From assembly GCA_964016885.1 (NCBI GenBank), contig OZ024741.1:253642001-253706000 (forward strand): a stretch of DNA of 64,000 bases, read 5' to 3'. This document shows positions 40,201-58,200 of this stretch, in pieces. The stretch is from Eledone cirrhosa (lineage: Eukaryota). The translations under genes were made by a program, and so were the position numbers. Numbering within the stretch: position 1 is the first letter of the stretch; every line of letters starts with the position of its first letter. Below the pieces are notes generated by a model, which saw only the letters and a list, made by a program, of their open reading frames with translations, searched no databases and had not been told where the DNA came from.

Positions 40201-43200
40201 TCAAAACTAACAACACAACTAACAACACAACTAACATCACCACCAACATCACAACTAACATCACCACCAACATAACAACCAACATCACCACCAACATCAC
40301 CACGAACATCAAAACTAACAACACAACTAACAACACAACTAACATCACCACCAACATCACCACTAACATCACAACTAACATCACCACCAACATCACCACC
40401 AACATCACCACCAACATAACCACCAACATCAAAACTAACAACACAAATAACAACACAACTAACATCACCACCAACATTACAACTAACATCACAACTAACA
40501 TCACCACCAATATCACCACCAACATCACAACTAACATCACCACCAACATCACCACCAACATCACCCCCAACATCACCACCAACATCAAAACTAACTACAC
40601 AACTAACAACACAACTAACATCACCACCAACATCACAACTACCATCAGCACCAACATCACAACTAACATCACCACCAACATCACCAGCAACATCACAACT
40701 AACATCACAACTAACATCACCACCAACATCATCACCAACATCACAACTAACATCACAACTTACATTACCACCAACATCACCACCAACATCACAACCAACA
40801 TCACCACGAACATCACCACTACCATCACCACCAACATCACCACCAACATCACCACCAACATCACAACTAACATCACAACTAACATCACCACCAACATCAC
40901 AACTAACAGCACAAATTACATCTCAACTAACAAGACAACTAACATCACCACCAACATCACCACCAACATCACCACCAACAACACCACCAACATCACCAGC
41001 AATATCACAACTAACATCACAACTAACATCACCACCAACATCACAACTAACATCACAACTAACATCACCACCAACATCACAACTAACATCACCACCAACA
41101 TCACCACCAACATCACCACCAACATCACCACCAACATCACCACCAACATCAAAACTAACAACACAACTAACAACACAACTAGCATCACCACCAACATCAC
41201 CACTAACATCACCACCAACATCACCACCAACATCACCACCAACATCAAAACTAACAACACAACTAACAACACAACTAGCATCACCACCAACATCACCACT
41301 AACATCACAACTAACATCACCACCAACATCACCACCAACATCACCACCAACATCACCACCAGCATCAAAACTAACAACACAACTAACAACACAACTAACA
41401 TCACCACCAACATCACAACTAACATCACAACTAACATCACCACCAACATCACCACCAACATCACAACTAACATCACCACCAACATCACCACCAACATCAC
41501 CACCAACATCACCACCAACATCAAAACTAACAACACAACTAACAACACAGCTAACATCACCACCAACATCACAACTATCATCACCACCAACATCACAACT
41601 AACATCACCACCAACATCACCAGCAACATCACAACTAACATCACAACTAACATCGCCACCAACATCACCATCAACATCACAACTAACATCACAACTAACA
41701 TTAACACCAACATCACCACCAACATCACAACTAACATCACCACCAACATCACCACGAACATCACCACTAACATCACAACTAACATCACAACTAACATCAC
41801 AACCAACATCACCACCAATATCACAACTAACATCACCACCAACATCACCACCAACATCACCACCAACATCACAACTAACATCACAACTAACATCACCACC
41901 AACATCACCACTAACAGCACAACTTACATCACAACTAACATCACAACTAACATCACCGCCAACATCACCACTAACAGCACAACATACATCACAACTAACA
42001 AGACAACTAACATCACCACCAACATCAACACCAACATCACCACCAACATCACCACCAACATCACCACCAACATCACAACTAACATCACAACTAACAAGAA
42101 AACTAACATGACAACTAACATCACCACCAACATCACAACTAACATCACAGCTAACATCACCACCAACATCACCACTAACAGCACAACTTACATCACAACT
42201 AACATCACAACTAACATCACCACCAACATCACCACTAACAGCACAACTTACATCACAACTAACAAGACAACTAACATCACCACCAACATCAACACCAACA
42301 TCACCACCAACATCACCACCAACATCACCACCAACATCACAACTAACATCACAACTAACATCACAGCTAACATCACCACTAACAACACAACTAACATCAC
42401 CACCAACATCACAACTATAATCACCACCAACATCACAACTAACATCACCACCAACATCACCAGCAACATCACAACTAACATCACAACTAACATCACCAGC
42501 AACATCACCAACAACATCACCACTACCATCACCACCACCATCACCACCAACATCACAACTAACATCACCACCAACATCACAACCAACATCACCACCAACA
42601 TCACCACTACCATCACCACCAACATCACCACCAACATCACAACTAACATCACAACTAACATCACCACTACCATCACCACCAACATCACCACCAACATCAC
42701 AACTAACAACACAAGTAACATCACAACCAACATCACCACTAACATCACAACTAACATCACCACCAACATTACAACTAACATCACAACTAACATCACCACT
42801 ACCATCACCACCAACATCACTACCAACATCACAACTAACATCACAACTAACATCACAGCTAACATCAACACTAACAACCCAACTAACATCACCACCAACA
42901 TCACAACTATCATCACCACCAACATCACAACTAACATCACCACCAACATCACCAACAACATCACCACTAACATCACCACCAACATCACCACCAACATCAC
43001 AACTAACATCACAACTAACAAGACAACTAACATCACAACTAACATCACCACCAACATCACAACTAACACCACAGCTAACATCACCACCAACATCACCACC
43101 AACATCACCACCAACATCACAACTAACATCACCACCAACATCACCACCAACATCACCACTACCACCACCACCAACATCACCACCAACATCACCACTAACA

Positions 43201-46200
43201 ACACAACTAACATCACAACTAACTTCACCACCAACATCACCACTAACATCACCACTAACATCACAACTAACATCACAACCAACATCACCGCCATCATCAC
43301 CACTACCACCACCACCAACATCACCACTAACATAACCACTAACATCACCACCGACATCACAACTAACATCACAACTAACATCACCACTACCATCACCACC
43401 ACCATCACCACCAACATCACAACTAACATCACCACCAAGGTCACAACCAACATCACCACCAACATCACCACTACCATCACCACCAACATCACCACCAAGA
43501 TTACAACTAACATCACAACTAACATCACCACTACCATCACCACCCACATCACCACCAACATCACAACTAACAACACAACTAACATCACAACCAACATCAC
43601 CACTAACATCACAACTAACATCACAACTAACATCACAACTAACATCACCATTACCATCACCACCACCATCACCACCAACATCACAACTAACATCACCACC
43701 AACATCACAACCAACATCACCACCAACATCACCACTACCATCACCACCCACATCACCACCAACATCACAACTAACAGCACAACTTACATCACAACTAACA
43801 AGAAAACTAACATCACCACCAACATCACCACCAACATCACCACAAACATCACCAGCAACAACACAACTAACAACACAACTAACATCACCACCAACATCAC
43901 AACTAACATCACCACCAACATAACCACCAACATCACCACCAACATCACCACCAACATCAAAACTAACAACACAACTAACAACACAACTAACATCACCACC
44001 AACATCACAACTAACATCACCACCAACATAACCACCAACATCACCACCAACATCACCACGAACATCAAAACTAACAACACAACTAACAACACAACTAACA
44101 TCACCACCAACATCACCACTAACATCACAACTAACATCACCACCAACATCACCACCAACATCACCACCAACATAACCACCAACATCAAAACTAACAACAC
44201 AAATAACAACACAACTAACATCACCACCAACATTACAACTAACATCACAACTAACATCACCACCAATATCACCACCAACATCACAACTAACATCACCACC
44301 AACATCACCACCAACATCACCCCCAACATCACCACCAACATCAAAACTAACTACACAACTAACAACACAACTAACATCACCACCAACATCACAACTACCA
44401 TCAGCACCAACATCACAACTAACATCACCACCAACATCACCAGCAACATCACAACTAACATCACAACTAACATCACCACCAACATCATCACCAACATCAC
44501 AACTAACATCACAACTTACATTACCACCAACATCACCACCAACATCACAACCAACATCACCACGAACATCACCACTACCATCACCACCAACATCACGACC
44601 AACATCACAACTAACATCACAACTAACATCACCACTACCATCACCACCAAAATCACCACCAACATCACAACTAACAACACAACTAACATCACAACCAACA
44701 TCACCACTAACATCACAACTAACATCACCACCAACATCACAACTAACATCACAACTAACATCATCACTACCCTCACCACCAACATCACCACCAACATCAC
44801 AACTAACATCACAACTAACACCACAGCTAACATCACCACTAACAATTCAACTAACATCACCACCAACATCACAACTATCATCACCACCAACATCACAACT
44901 AACATCACCACCAACATCACCAGCAATATCACAACTAACATCACAACTAACATCACCACCAACATCACCAACAACATCACCACTAACATCACCACCAACA
45001 TCACCACCAACATCACAACTAACATCACAACTAACAAGACAACTAACATCACAACTAACATCACCACCAACATCACAACTAACATCACCGCTAACATCAC
45101 AACCAACATCACCACCAACATCACCACCAACATCACAACTAACATCACCACCAACATCACCACCAACATCACCACCAACATCACCACTAACAACACAACT
45201 AACATCACAACTAACATCACCACCAACATCACAACTAACATCACCACTAACATCACAACTAGCATCACAACCAACATCACCGCCATCATCACCACTACCA
45301 CCACCACCATCATCACCACTAACATCACCACTAACATCATAACTAACATCACCACTAACATCACAACTAACATCACCACCAACATCACCACTACCATCAC
45401 CACCAACATCACCTCCAAGATCACAACTAACATCACAACTAACATCACCACTACCATCACCACCAACATCACCACCAACATCACAACTAACAACACAACA
45501 AACATCACAACCAACATCACCACTAACATCACAACTAACATCACCACCAACATCACAACTAACATCACAACTAACATCACCATTACCATCACCACCACCA
45601 TCACCACCAACATCATAACTAACATCACCACCAACATCACAACCAACATCACCACCAACATCACCACTACCATCACCACCAACATCACCACCAACATCAC
45701 AACTAACAGCACAACTTACATCACAACTAACAAGACAACTAACATCACCACCAACATCACCACCAACATCACCACAAACAACACCACCAACATCACCACC
45801 AACATTACAACTAACATCACAACTAACATCACCACCAACATCACAACTATCATCACAACTAACGTCACCACCAACATCACCTCCAACATCACCACCAACA
45901 TCACCACCAACAACACAACTAACAACACAACTAACATCACCACCAACATCACAACTAACATCACCACCAACATCACCACCAACATCACCACCAACATCAC
46001 CATCAACATCACCACCAACATCAAAACTAACAACACAACTAACAACACAACTAACATCACCACCAACATCACCACTAACATCAAAACTAACATCACCACC
46101 AACATCACCACCAACATCACCACCAACATAACCACCAACATCAAAACTAACAACACAACTAACAACACAACTAACATCACCACCAACATCACAACTAACA

Positions 46201-49200
46201 TCACAACTAACATCACCACCAACATCACCACCAACATCACAACTAACATCACCACCAACATCACCACCAACATCGCCCCAACATCACCACCAACATCAAA
46301 ACTAACTACACAACTAACAACACAACTAACATCACCACCAACATCACAAATATCATCACCACCAACATCACAACTAACATCACCACCAACATCACCAGCA
46401 ACATCACAACTAACATCACAACTAACATCGCCACCAACATCACCATCAACATCACAACTAACATCACAACTAACATTACCACCAACATCACCACCAACAT
46501 CACAACTAACATCACCACCAACATCACCACGAACATCACCACTAACATCACAACTAACATCACCACCAAGATCACCACTAATATCACGACTAACATCACA
46601 ACCAACATCACCACCAACATCACCACCAACATCACCATCAACATCACAACTAACATCACAACTAACATCACAACTAACATCACAACTAACATCACAACCA
46701 ACATCACCACCAATATCACAACTAACATCACCACCAACATCACCACCAACATCACCACCAACATCACAACTAACATCACAACTAACATCACCACCAACAT
46801 CACCACTAACAGCACAACTTACATCACAACTAACATCACAACTAACATCACCGCCAACATCACCACTAACAGCACAACATACATCACAACTAACAAGACA
46901 ACTAACATCACCACCAACATCAACACCAACATCACCACCAACATCACCACCAACATCACCACCAACATCACAACTAACATCACAACTAACAAGAAAACTA
47001 ACATCACAACTAACATCACCACCAACATCACAACTAACATCACAGCTAACATCACCACCAACATCACCACTAACAGCACAACTTACATCACAACTAACAT
47101 CACAACTAACATCACCACCAACATCACCACTAACAGCACAACTTACATCACAACTAACAAGACAACTAACATCACCACCAACATCAACACCAACATCACC
47201 ACCAACATCACCACCAACATCACCACCAACATCACAACTAACATCACAACTAACATCACAGCTAACATCACCACTAACAACACAACTAACATCACCACCA
47301 ACATCACAACTATAATCACCACCAACATCACAACTAACATCACCACCAACATCACCAGCAACATCACAACTAACATCACAACTAACATCACCAGCAACAT
47401 CACCAACAACATCACCACTACCATCACCACCACCATCACCACCAACATCACAACTAACATCACCACCAACATCACAACCAACATCACCACCAACATCACC
47501 ACTACCATCACCACCAACATCACCACCAACATCACAACTAACATCACAACTAACATCACCACTACCATCACCACCAACATCACCACCAACATCACAACTA
47601 ACAACACAAGTAACATCACAACCAACATCACCACTAACATCACAACTAACATCACCACCAACATCACAACTAACATCACAACTAACATCACCACTACCAT
47701 CACCACCAACATCACTACCAACATCACAACTAACATCACAACAAACATCACAGCTAACATCAACACTAACAACCCAACTAACATCACCACCAACATCACA
47801 ACTATCATCACCACCAACATCACAACTAACATCACCACCAACATCACCAACAACATCACCACTAACATCACCACCAACATCACCACCAACATCACAACTA
47901 ACATCACAACTAACAAGACAACTAACATCACAACTAACATCACCACCAACATCACAACTAACACCACAGCTAACATCACCACCAACATCACCACCAACAT
48001 CACCACCAACATCACAACTAACATCACCACCAACATCACCACCAACATCACCACTACCACCACCACCAACATCACCACCAACATCACCACTAACAACACA
48101 ACTAACATCACGACTAACTTCACCACCAACATCACCACTAACATCACCACTAACATCACAACTAACATCACAACCAACATCACCGCCATCATCACCACTA
48201 CCACCACCACCAACATCACCACTAACATAACCACTAACATCATAACTAACATCACCACTAACATCACAACTAACATCACCACCGACATCACAACTAACAT
48301 CACAACTAACATCACAACTAACATCACCGCCAACATCACCACTAACAGCACAACATACATCACAACTAACAAGACAACTAACATCACCACCAACATCAAC
48401 ACCAACATCACCACCAACATCACCACCAACATCACCACCAACATCACAACTAACATCACAACTAACAAGAAAACTAACATCACAACTAACATCACCACCA
48501 ACATCACAACTAACATCACAGCTAACATCACCACCAACATCACCACTAACAGCACAACTTACATCACAACTAACATCACAACTAACATCACCACCAACAT
48601 CACCACTAACAGCACAACTTACATCACAACTAACAAGACAACTAACATCACCACCAACATCAACACCAACATCACCACCAACATCACCACCAACATCACC
48701 ACCAACATCACAACTAACATCACAACTAACATCACAGCTAACATCACCACTAACAACACAACTAACATCACCACCAACATCACAACTATAATCACCACCA
48801 ACATCACAACTAACATCACCACCAACATCACCAGCAACATCACAACTAACATCACAACTAACATCACCAGCAACATCACCAACAACATCACCACTACCAT
48901 CACCACCACCATCACCACCAACATCACAACTAACATCACCACCAACATCACAACCAACATCACCACCAACATCACCACTACCATCACCACCAACATCACC
49001 ACCAACATCACAACTAACATCACAACTAACATCACCACTACCATCACCACCAACATCACCACCAACATCACAACTAACAACACAAGTAACATCACAACCA
49101 ACATCACCACTAACATCACAACTAACATCACCACCAACATCACAACTAACATCACAACTAACATCACCACTACCATCACCACCAACATCACTACCAACAT

Positions 49201-52200
49201 CACAACTAACATCACAACAAACATCACAGCTAACATCAACACTAACAACCCAACTAACATCACCACCAACATCACAACTATCATCACCACCAACATCACA
49301 ACTAACATCACCACCAACATCACCAACAACATCACCACTAACATCACCACCAACATCACCACCAACATCACAACTAACATCACAACTAACAAGACAACTA
49401 ACATCACAACTAACATCACCACCAACATCACAACTAACACCACAGCTAACATCACCACCAACATCACCACCAACATCACCACCAACATCACAACTAACAT
49501 CACCACCAACATCACCACCAACATCACCACTATCACCACCACCAACATCACCACCAACATCACCACTAACAACACAACTAACATCACGACTAACTTCACC
49601 ACCAACATCACCACTAACATCACCACTAACATCACAACTAACATCACAACCAACATCACCGCCATCATCACCACTACCACCACCACCAACATCACCACTA
49701 ACATAACCACTAACATCATAACTAACATCACCACTAACATCACAACTAACATCACCACCGACATCACAACTAACATCACAACTAACATCACCACTACCAT
49801 CACCACCACCATCACCACCAACATCACAACTAACATCACCACCAAGGTCACAACCAACATCACCACCAACATCACCACTACCATCACCACCCACATCACC
49901 ACCAACATCACAACTAACAACACAACTAACATCACAACCAACATCACCACCAACATCACAACTAACATCACAACTAACATCACCACCAACATCACCACCA
50001 ACATCACAACTAACATCACCACCAACATCACCACCAACATCGCCCCAACATCACCACCAACATCAAAACTAACTACGCAACTAACAACACAACTAACATC
50101 ACCACCAACATCACAAATATCATCACCACCAACATCACAACTAACATCACCACCAACATCACCAGCAACATCACAACTAACATCACAACTAACATCGCCA
50201 CCAACATCACCATCAACATCACAACTAACATCACAACTAACATTACCACCAACATCACCACCAACATCACAACTAACATCACCACCAACATCACCACGAA
50301 CATCACCACTAACATCACAACTAACATCACCACCAAGATCACCACTAATATCACGACTAACATCACAACCAACATCACCACCAACATCACCACCAACATC
50401 ACCATCAACATCACAACTAACATCACAACTAACATCACAACTAACATCACAACTAACATCACAACCAACATCACCACCAATATCACAACTAACATCACCA
50501 CCAACATCACCACCAACATCACCACCAACATCACAACTAACATCACAACTAACATCACCACCAACATCACCACTAACAGCACAACTTACATCACAACTAA
50601 CATCACAACTAACATCACCGCCAACATCACCACTAACAGCACAACATACATCACAACTAACAAGACAACTAACATCACCACCAACATCAACACCAACATC
50701 ACCACCAACATCACCACCAACATCACCACCAACATCACAACTAACATCACAACTAACAAGAAAACTAACATCACAACTAACATCACCACCAACATCACAA
50801 CTAACATCACAGCTAACATCACCACCAACATCACCACTAACAGCACAACTTACATCACAACTAACAAGACAACTAACATCACCACCAACATCAACACCAA
50901 CATCACCGCCAACATCACCACCAACATCACCACCAACATCACAACTAACATCACCACCGACATCACAACTAACATCACAACTAACATCACCACTACCATC
51001 ACCACCACCATCACCACCAACATCACAACTAACATCACCACCAAGGTCACAACCAACATCACCACCAACATCACCACTACCATCACCACCAACATCACCA
51101 CCAAGATTACAACTAACATCACAACTAACATCACCACTACCATCACCACCCACATCACCACCAACATCACAACTAACAACACAACTAACATCACAACCAA
51201 CATCACCACTAACATCACAACTAACATCACCACCAACATCACAACTAACATCACAACTAACATCACCATTACCATCACCACCACCATCACCACCAACATC
51301 ACAACTAACATCACCACCAACATCACAACCAACATCACCACCAACATCACCACTACCATCACCACCAACATCACCACCAACATCACAACTAACAGCACAA
51401 CTTACATCACAACTAACAAGAAAACTAACATCACCACCAACATCACCACCAACATCACCACAAACATCACCAGCAACAACACAACTAACAACACAACTAA
51501 CATCACCACCAACATCACAACTAACATCACCACCAACATAACCACCAACATCACCACCAACATCACCACCAACATCAAAACTAACAACACAACTAACAAC
51601 ACAACTAACATCACCACCAACATCACAACTAACATCACCACCAACATAACCACCAACATCACCACCAACATCACGAACATCAAAACTAACAACACAACTA
51701 ACAACACAACTAACATCACCACCAACATCACCACTAACATCACAACTAACATCACCACCAACATCACCACCAACATCACCACCAACATAACCACCAACAT
51801 CAAAACTAACAACACAAATAACAACACAACTAACATCACCACCAACATTACAACTAACATCACAACTAACATCACCACCAATATCACCACCAACATCACA
51901 ACTAACATCACCACCAACATCACCACCAACATCACCCCCAACATCACCACCAACATCAAAACTAACTACACAACTAACAACACAACTAACATCACCACCA
52001 ACATCACAACTACCATCAGCACCAACATCACAACTAACATCACCACCAACATCACCAGCAACATCACAACTAACATCACAACTAACATCACCACCAACAT
52101 CATCACCAACATCACAACTAACATCACAACTTACATTACCACCAACATCACCACCAACATCACAACCAACATCACCACGAACATCACCACTACCATCACC

Positions 52201-55200
52201 ACCAACATCACCACCAACATCACCACCAACATCACAACTAACATCACAACTAACATCACCACCAACATCACAACTAACAGCACAAATTACATCTCAACTA
52301 ACAAGACAACTAACATCACCACCAACATCACCACCAACATCACCACCAACAACACCACCAACATCACCAGCAATATCACAACTAACATCACAACTAACAT
52401 CACCACCAACATCACAACTAACATCACAACTAACATCACCACCAACATCACAACTAACATCACCACCAACATCACCACCAACATCACCACCAACATCACC
52501 ACCAACATCACCACCAACATCAAAACTAACAACACAACTAACAACACAACTAGCATCACCACCAACATCACCACTAACATCACCACCAACATCACCACCA
52601 ACATCACCACCAACATCAAAACTAACAACACAACTAACAACACAACTAGCATCACCACCAACATCACCACTAACATCACAACTAACATCACCACCAACAT
52701 CACCACCAACATCACCACCAACATCACCACCAGCATCAAAACTAACAACACAACTAACAACACAACTAACATCACCACCAACATCACAACTAACATCACA
52801 ACTAACATCACCACCAACATCACCACCAACATCACAACTAACATCACCACCAACATCACCACCAACATCACCACCAACATCACCACCAACATCAAAACTA
52901 ACAACACAACTAACATCACAACTAACATCGCCACCAACATCACCATCAACATCACAACTAACATCACAACTAACATTAACACCAACATCACCACCAACAT
53001 CACAACTAACATCACCACCAACATCACCACGAACATCACCACTAACATCACAACTAACATCACCACCAAGATCACCACTAATATCACGACTAACATCACA
53101 ACCAACATCACCACCAACATCACCACCAACATCACCATCAACATCACAACTAACATCACAACTAACATCACAACTAACATCACAACTAACATCACAACCA
53201 ACATCACCACCAATATCACAACTAACATCACCACCAACATCACCACCAACATCACCACCAACATCACAACTAACATCACAACTAACATCACCACCAACAT
53301 CACCACTAACAGCACAACTTACATCACAACTAACATCACAACTAACATCACCGCCAACATCACCACTAACAGCACAACATACATCACAACTAACAAGACA
53401 ACTAACATCACCACCAACATCAACACCAACATCACCACCAACATCACCACCAACATCACCACCAACATCACAACTAACATCACAACTAACAAGAAAACTA
53501 ACATGACAACTAACATCACCACCAACATCACAACTAACATCACAGCTAACATCACCACCAACATCACCACTAACAGCACAACTTACATCACAACTAACAT
53601 CACAACTAACATCACCACCAACATCACCACTAACAGCACAACTTACATCACAACTAACAAGACAACTAACATCACCACCAACATCAACACCAACATCACC
53701 ACCAACATCACCACCAACATCACCACCAACATCACAACTAACATCACAACTAACATCACAGCTAACATCACCACTAACAACACAACTAACATCACCACCA
53801 ACATCACAACTATAATCACCACCAACATCACAACTAACATCACCACCAACATCACCAGCAACATCACAACTAACATCACAACTAACATCACCAGCAACAT
53901 CACCAACAACATCACCACTACCATCACCACCACCATCACCACCAACATCACAACTAACATCACCACCAACATCACAACCAACATCACCACCAACATCACC
54001 ACTACCATCACCACCAACATCACCACCAACATCACAACTAACATCACAACTAACATCACCACTACCATCACCACCAACATCACCACCAACATCACAACTA
54101 ACAACACAAGTAACATCACAACCAACATCACCACTAACATCACAACTAACATCACCACCAACATCACAACTAACATCACAACTAACATCACCACTACCAT
54201 CACCACCAACATCACTACCAACATCACAACTAACATCACAACTAACATCACAGCTAACATCAACACTAACAACCCAACTAACATCACCACCAACATCACA
54301 ACTATCATCACCACCAACATCACAACTAACATCACCACCAACATCACCAACAACATCACCACTAACATCACCACCAACATCACCACCAACATCACAACTA
54401 ACATCACAACTAACAAGACAACTAACATCACAACTAACATCAACACCAACATCACAACTAACACCACAGCTAACATCACCACCAACATCACCACCAACAT
54501 CACCACCAACATCACAACTAACATCACCACCAACATCACCACCAACATCACCACTACCACCACCACCAACATCACCACCAACATCACCACTAACAACACA
54601 ACTAACATCACAACTAACTTCACCACCAACATCACCACTAACATCACCACTAACATCACAACTAACATCACAACCAACATCACCGCCATCATCACCACTA
54701 CCACCACCACCAACATCACCACTAACATAACCACTAACATCATAACTAACATCACCACTAACATCACAACTAACATCACCACCGACATCACAACTAACAT
54801 CACAACTAACATCACCACTACCATCACCACCACCATCACCACCAACATCACAACTAACATCACCACCAAGGTCACAACCAACATCACCACCAACATCACC
54901 ACTACCATCACCACCAACATCACCACCAAGATTACAACTAACATCACAACTAACATCACCACTACCATCACCACCCACATCACCACCAACATCACAACTA
55001 ACAACACAACTAACATCACAACCAACATCACCACTAACATCACAACTAACATCACCACCAACATCACAACTAACATCACAACTAACATCACCATTACCAT
55101 CACCACCACCATCACCACCAACATCACAACTAACATCACCACCAACATCACAACCAACATCACCACCAACATCACCACTACCATCACCACCAACATCACC

Positions 55201-58200
55201 ACCAACATCACAACTAACAGCACAACTTACATCACAACTAACAAGAAAACTAACATCACCACCAACATCACCACAAACATCACCAGCAACAACACAACTA
55301 ACAACACAACTAACATCACCACCAACATCACAACTAACATCACCACCAACATAACCACCAACATCACCACCAACATCACCACCAACATCAAAACTAACAA
55401 CACAACTAACAACACAACTAACATCACCACCAACATCACAACTAACATCACCACCAACATAACCACCAACATCACCACCAACATCACCACGAACATCAAA
55501 ACTAACAACACAACTAACAACACAACTAACATCACCACCAACATCACCACTAACATCACAACTAACATCACCACCAACATCACCACCAACATCACCACCA
55601 ACATAACCACCAACATCAAAACTAACAACACAAATAACAACACAACTAACATCACCACCAACATTACAACTAACATCACAACTAACATCACCACCAATAT
55701 CACCACCAACATCACAACTAACATCACCACCAACATCACCACCAACATCACCCCCAACATCACCACCAACATCAAAACTAACTACACAACTAACAACACA
55801 ACTAACATCACCACCAACATCACAACTACCATCAGCACCAACATCACAACTAACATCACCACCAACATCACCAGCAACATCACAACTAACATCACAACTA
55901 ACATCACCACCAACATCATCACCAACATCACAACTAACATCACAACTTACATTACCACCAACATCACCACCAACATCACAACCAACATCACCACGAACAT
56001 CACCACTACCATCACCACCAACATCACGACCAACATCACAACTAACATCACAACTAACATCACCACTACCATCACCACCAAAATCACCACCAACATCACA
56101 ACTAACAACACAACTAACATCACAACCAACATCACCACTAACATCACAACTAACATCACCACCAACATCACAACTAACATCACAACTAACATCATCACTA
56201 CCCTCACCACCAACATCACCACCAACATCACAACTAACATCACAACTAACACCACAGCTAACATCACCACTAACAATTCAACTAACATCACCACCAACAT
56301 CACAACTATCATCACCACCAACATCACAACTAACATCACCACCAACATCACCAGCAATATCACAACTAACATCACAACTAACATCACCACCAACATCACC
56401 AACAACATCACCACTAACATCACCACCAACATCACCACCAACATCACAACTAACATCACAACTAACAAGACAACTAACATCACAACTAACATCACCACCA
56501 ACATCACAACTAACATCACCGCTAACATCACAACCAACATCACCACCAACATCACCACCAACATCACAACTAACATCACCACCAACATCACCACCAACAT
56601 CACCACCAACATCACCACTAACAACACAACTAACATCACAACTAACATCACCACCAACATCACAACTAACATCACCACTAACATCACAACTAGCATCACA
56701 ACCAACATCACCGCCATCATCACCACTACCACCACCACCATCATCACCACTAACATCACCACTAACATCATAACTAACATCACCACTAACATCACAACTA
56801 ACATCACCACCAACATCACCACTACCATCACCACCAACATCACCTCCAAGATCACAACTAACATCACAACTAACATCACCACTACCATCACCACCAACAT
56901 CACCACCAACATCACAACTAACAACACAACTAACATCACAACCAACATCACCACTAACATCACAACTAACATCACCACCAACATCACAACTAACATCACA
57001 ACTAACATCACCATTACCATCACCACCACCATCACCACCAACATCATAACTAACATCACCACCAACATCACAACCAACATCACCACCAACATCACCACTA
57101 CCATCACCACCAACATCACCACCAACATCACAACTAACAGCACAACTTACATCACAACTAACAAGACAACTAACATCACCACCAACATCACCACCAACAT
57201 CACCACAAACAACACCACCAACATCACCACCAACATTACAACTAACATCACAACTAACATCACCACCAACATCACAACTATCATCACAACTAACGTCACC
57301 ACCAACATCACCTCCAACATCACCACCAACATCACCACCAACAACACAACTAACAACACAACTAACATCACCACCAACATCACAACTAACATCACCACCA
57401 ACATCACCACCAACATCACCACCAACATCACCATCAACATCACCACCAACATCAAAACTAACAACACAACTAACAACACAACTAACATCACCACCAACAT
57501 CACCACTAACATCAAAACTAACATCACCACCAACATCACCACCAACATCACCACCAACATAACCACCAACATCAAAACTAACAACACAACTAACAACACA
57601 ACTAACATCACCACCAACATCACAACTAACATCACAACTAACATCACCACCAACATCACCACCAACATCACAACTAACATCACCACCAACATCACCACCA
57701 ACATCGCCCCAACATCACCACCAACATCAAAACTAACTACACAACTAACAACACAACTAACATCACCACCAACATCACAAATATCATCACCACCAACATC
57801 ACAACTAACATCACCACCAACATCACCAGCAACATCACAACTAACATCACAACTAACATCGCCACCAACATCACCATCAACATCACAACTAACATCACAA
57901 CTAACATTACCACCAACATCACCACCAACATCACAACTAACATCACCACCAACATCACCACGAACATCACCACTAACATCACAACTAACATCACCACCAA
58001 GATCACCACTAATATCACGACTAACATCACAACCAACATCACCACCAACATCACCACCAACATCACCATCAACATCACAACTAACATCACAACTAACATC
58101 ACAACTAACATCACAACTAACATCACAACCAACATCACCACCAATATCACAACTAACATCACCACCAACATCACCACCAACATCACCACCAACATCACAA